64,000 bases of DNA, taken from positions 3,936,001 to 4,000,000 of the forward strand of contig OY969696.1 in the NCBI GenBank assembly GCA_963702005.1, written 5' to 3'. The position numbers and the translations under genes are program-made. This stretch comes from Candidatus Aminicenantes bacterium. GTDB taxonomy: Bacteria > Acidobacteriota > Aminicenantia > Aminicenantales > JAFGBC01. Of the stretch, positions 61,086-64,000 are shown in pieces. Under the pieces are notes generated by a model, which ran no database searches, was not told the DNA's origin, and saw only the letters and a program-made list of their open reading frames with translations. How positions within the stretch are numbered: position 1 is the stretch's first letter; each line of letters opens with the position of its first letter.

Positions 61086-64000
61086 ATGAAATGCAGCCGT
61101 TGCTCATTTGAGAATCCTCCCGGAACGCGTTTCTGCGGGCGGTGCGCCGCCGCGCTCCAGCCCGAAGGAAGCCCGCCTTCGACCCAATCCATGCCCATGC
61201 CGGTCCGCGAGCTCGCGTCCGGAACGATCTTCGCCCGCCGTTACCAGGTCATCGAGGATCTGGGCAGGGGCGGCATGGGCCGGGTCTACAAAGTCTTCGA
61301 TACCGAGGTCCGGGAGAAGCTCGCCCTGAAGCTCATCAATCCGGACATCGCTTCGGATGAGCGGACGGTGGAACGCTTCCGGAGCGAGCTCCGGCTGGCC
61401 CGGACCGTCTCCCACCGTCACATCTGCCGCATGCACGACCTCGGCCGCGAGGCAGAGACCGGGACGTATTTCATAACCATGGAGTACGTTCCGGGCGAGG
61501 ACCTCAAGAGCCTCATCCACAGCATAGGAGCTTTGCCCATCGGCAAAGCCGTGGCCATCGCCCGGCAGGCCGCCGAGGGGCTGGCCGAGGCCCACCGCCT
61601 CGGCGTCATCCACCGCGACCTCAAACCCCAGAACATCATGATCGACCGCGAGGGCGGCGCCCGGATCATGGACTTCGGCATCGCCCGTTCGGTCAAGGCC
61701 AAGGGGATCACAGGCGCCGGCGCGATGATCGGGACGCCCGAATACATGTCGCCCGAGCAGGTGGACGGGAAAGAGGCCGACGGCCGTTCGGATATCTACT
61801 CGCTGGGCGTCGTCCTGTTCGAAATGCTGACGGGACGCCTCCCCTTCGAGGGAGACACGCCCCTCAGCATCGCCGTCAAGCAGAAAAGCGAGCCTCCGCC
61901 GGACCCCCGGACGCTCAACGCCCAGATTCCGGAAGAGCTCGGAAGGCTTGTTTTAAAGTGCCTGGAGAAAGAGAAAGGCAAGCGGTTTCAGGGCGCGGAC
62001 GACCTGCGCCTGGAGCTCGCTCGAATCGAAAGAACTCTGCCGGCGACAACCCACGATCTTCCGCCTCGCAAGCCCTCGACCTCGAAGGAGATCACGGTCC
62101 GGCTCCCGTCGAAGAGGGTCTGGATTCCGGCGGCCGCGCTGCTCCTCGCGCTCGTCGCTCTTCTTGTCTGGCAGTTCATTCCGGAAAGCGAGGGCTCGAA
62201 GCGCACGGTCGCCATCCTTGGCTTTAAAAACCAAACCGGAGACGCGGGCCTCGATTACCTTCGGGAGACCATCCCCAACCTGCTCATCACCAGCCTGGAA
62301 CAGTCGAAACACCTACAGGTCGCGTCCTGGCAAAGGCTGAAGGATCTTTTCCGTAAAGCCGGCAGGAGCGAAACCGCCATTTATGACGAGGAGGCCGGCT
62401 TCGAGGTCTGCCGGGGGGAAGGCATCGAGGCGGTCGTCGTCGGGTTTTTCAGCAAGGCGGGGGAGACCTTCGTCTCGGACGTCAAGGTGCTGGATGTCGG
62501 CACCCGAGAGGTCTTGAAAAGCGCCTCGGCCAGGGGAGAAGGGGTTAACAGCATCCTCAAGTCCCAGATCGACGAGATCAGCCGTACCGTATCGCGCGGC
62601 ATCGGCCGGCCGGCCCTCAAGATCGAGATGCCGCAAACAAAGATCATCGACCTGACGACGAACTCCCTCGAGGCCTATGGCTATTTTCTGCGCGGCCGTG
62701 ACGCGGCCGGTAATCTCATGGGCTATGAAGCCAAGAAGCTTCTGGAGAAGGCCATTTCCCTGGACCCGAATTTTGCGGTGGCCTATCGTTATCTGTATGA
62801 AGCTAATCATATCATCGTCGACTTCAGGGCACGCGATGAAGCCTTGATAAAAGCGAAGGAACTCTCCGCCAGGGCTTCGGAGAAAGAGCGGCTCTATATC
62901 GAAGCGGAATACGCCCGGAGGATCGAGGGGGATCGAGCCAAGGCCTACCGGCTCCTTCTGGAGCTGACGGATAAATATCCCCAGGAAAAATATGCTCACT
63001 ATGAGCTCGGGAGACAGTCCTATTTGTCGGCTAGATATGCCGATGCCGTTCAGGAGTTCGAGAAAGCCGTCGCCCTGGACCCAACCTTCGGCCCCGCCTT
63101 CAATATGCTGGGATATGCCCATGCGATGGCCGGGGATCTTGCTCAGGCCGAAGCGGCTTTCGGGCGCTACATCACGTCGAATCCCGGCGACCCCAACCCC
63201 GTCGATTCCCTGGCCGAGCTCTACGTGCGAATGGGACAGCTGGACAAGGCCGAATCGAAGTATAAGGAAGCCCTGAACCTCAAATCTGATTTTGTTTCGC
63301 CCTGCAATGGATTGGCCTATATTTTTGCACTGAGAGAAAATTATGCCGAGACCTCGCGCTGGCTGGGAGAATTCGTCGCCAGGGCAGGACCCACCCAAAA
63401 AATGGAAGGTCTGTGGCTCATCAGCTATTTTGATTATTTCTTGGGCCGCCTGGAGAGGGCCCAAGACGGGTATCTCGCCCTGAGGAAGATCGCCGAATCG
63501 TACGGCTCCCCCCCTTACCTCATAGCCACATTGGATTGGATTACCGGATTTTTAAATTGTGAGCTGGGCCGATTCGAAGAGGGCCGGAAAGGGTTTCAAT
63601 CCTATTCCAATTACCTAGGGCAAACAAACCCGGCCGCGGAAAACAGCAATTCTGCCGAAAATGATCTAAACTCCGGTTGGGCGGACCTAAAGCAAGGACG
63701 CCTGGATGACGCTCGCACCCGGCTCATGGAAATAAAACAGCTTCTCCCGAAAGCAGCTCAAGAAGACGTGGAATTGATGAATTTTTCTCCTCAAGACTTG
63801 GAATCGATGTCTTTCTCGTATCAGCTTTTAGCCGCCGAAATCGCGCTGGCCGGAGGCTCTCCGGAGGAGGCCGTCGCCAGCGCCGAACAGGCGCGCCTGC
63901 TGGATTTCGCGGGCATGAATACGCCCGATGTGGCTCGCTATAACATGCCCTTTTTCAAAGATGTTTTGGCCCGGGCTTACTGGAAAAAGGGAGACCTTGA
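61086..64000 (+). CDS. Ser/Thr protein kinase with N-terminal Zn ribbon, TM segment and TPR repeats; runs off the window
   Basis: Not in the ORF track. ATG 61086: MKCSRCSFENPPGTRFCGRC, LGRGGMGRVY, HRDLKPQN, DFG, GTPEYMSPE, later TPR-like A..LDP.F repeats. Confidence 0.93.
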   Translation, partial: MKCSRCSFENPPGTRFCGRCAAALQPEGSPPSTQSMPMPVRELASGTIFARRYQVIEDLGRGGMGRVYKVFDTEVREKLALKLINPDIASDERTVERFRSELRLARTVSHRHICRMHDLGREAETGTYFITMEYVPGEDLKSLIHSIGALPIGKAVAIARQAAEGLAEAHRLGVIHRDLKPQNIMIDREGGARIMDFGIARSVKAKGITGAGAMIGTPEYMSPEQVDGKEADGRSDIYSLGVVLFEMLTGRLPFEGDTPLSIAVKQKSEPPPDPRTLNAQIPEELGRLVLKCLEKEKGKRFQGADDLRLELARIERTLPATTHDLPPRKPSTSKEITVRLPSKRVWIPAAALLLALVALLVWQFIPESEGSKRTVAILGFKNQTGDAGLDYLRETIPNLLITSLEQSKHLQVASWQRLKDLFRKAGRSETAIYDEEAGFEVCRGEGIEAVVVGFFSKAGETFVSDVKVLDVGTREVLKSASARGEGVNSILKSQIDEISRTVSRGIGRPALKIEMPQTKIIDLTTNSLEAYGYFLRGRDAAGNLMGYEAKKLLEKAISLDPNFAVAYRYLYEANHIIVDFRARDEALIKAKELSARASEKERLYIEAEYARRIEGDRAKAYRLLLELTDKYPQEKYAHYELGRQSYLSARYADAVQEFEKAVALDPTFGPAFNMLGYAHAMAGDLAQAEAAFGRYITSNPGDPNPVDSLAELYVRMGQLDKAESKYKEALNLKSDFVSPCNGLAYIFALRENYAETSRWLGEFVARAGPTQKMEGLWLISYFDYFLGRLERAQDGYLALRKIAESYGSPPYLIATLDWITGFLNCELGRFEEGRKGFQSYSNYLGQTNPAAENSNSAENDLNSGWADLKQGRLDDARTRLMEIKQLLPKAAQEDVELMNFSPQDLESMSFSYQLLAAEIALAGGSPEEAVASAEQARLLDFAGMNTPDVARYNMPFFKDVLARAYWKKGDL

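Overview
GC-rich chromosomal window. The gene repertoire (Zn-ribbon Ser/Thr kinase-TPR protein, many secreted peptidases, SBBP and BNR propellers, DUF362, DUF5916) suggests Ca. Aminicenantes or a related Acidobacteriota lineage; this is an inference. The backbone carries ftsH-folP-cdaA-cdaR-glmM-pdxJ, pgsB/pgsC/pgsW, mntH, transporters and hydrolases. Three lower-GC accessory zones (1-5.3 kb, 32-35.5 kb, 44.8-49 kb) all carry integron signatures. At the left edge is an inverted-orientation integron with a deleted intI and three defence-like cassettes (AAA ATPase, two-gene R-M, DUF262). The other zones hold integrase-free attI-like platforms with their own cassettes, next to toxin-antitoxin modules. 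The strongest novelty candidates are: (1) a secreted 680-aa BNR beta-propeller interrupted by one in-frame TGA followed by an fdhF-like SECIS hairpin, i.e. a probable unannotated selenoprotein; (2) the dispersed mini-integron platforms; (3) a single-ORF antitoxin-MazF fusion; (4) nested IS200/IS605-like miniature elements carrying GTAC-footed palindromes. All alignments were done by eye and no database searches were run. No CRISPR array, rRNA or tRNA was recognised.
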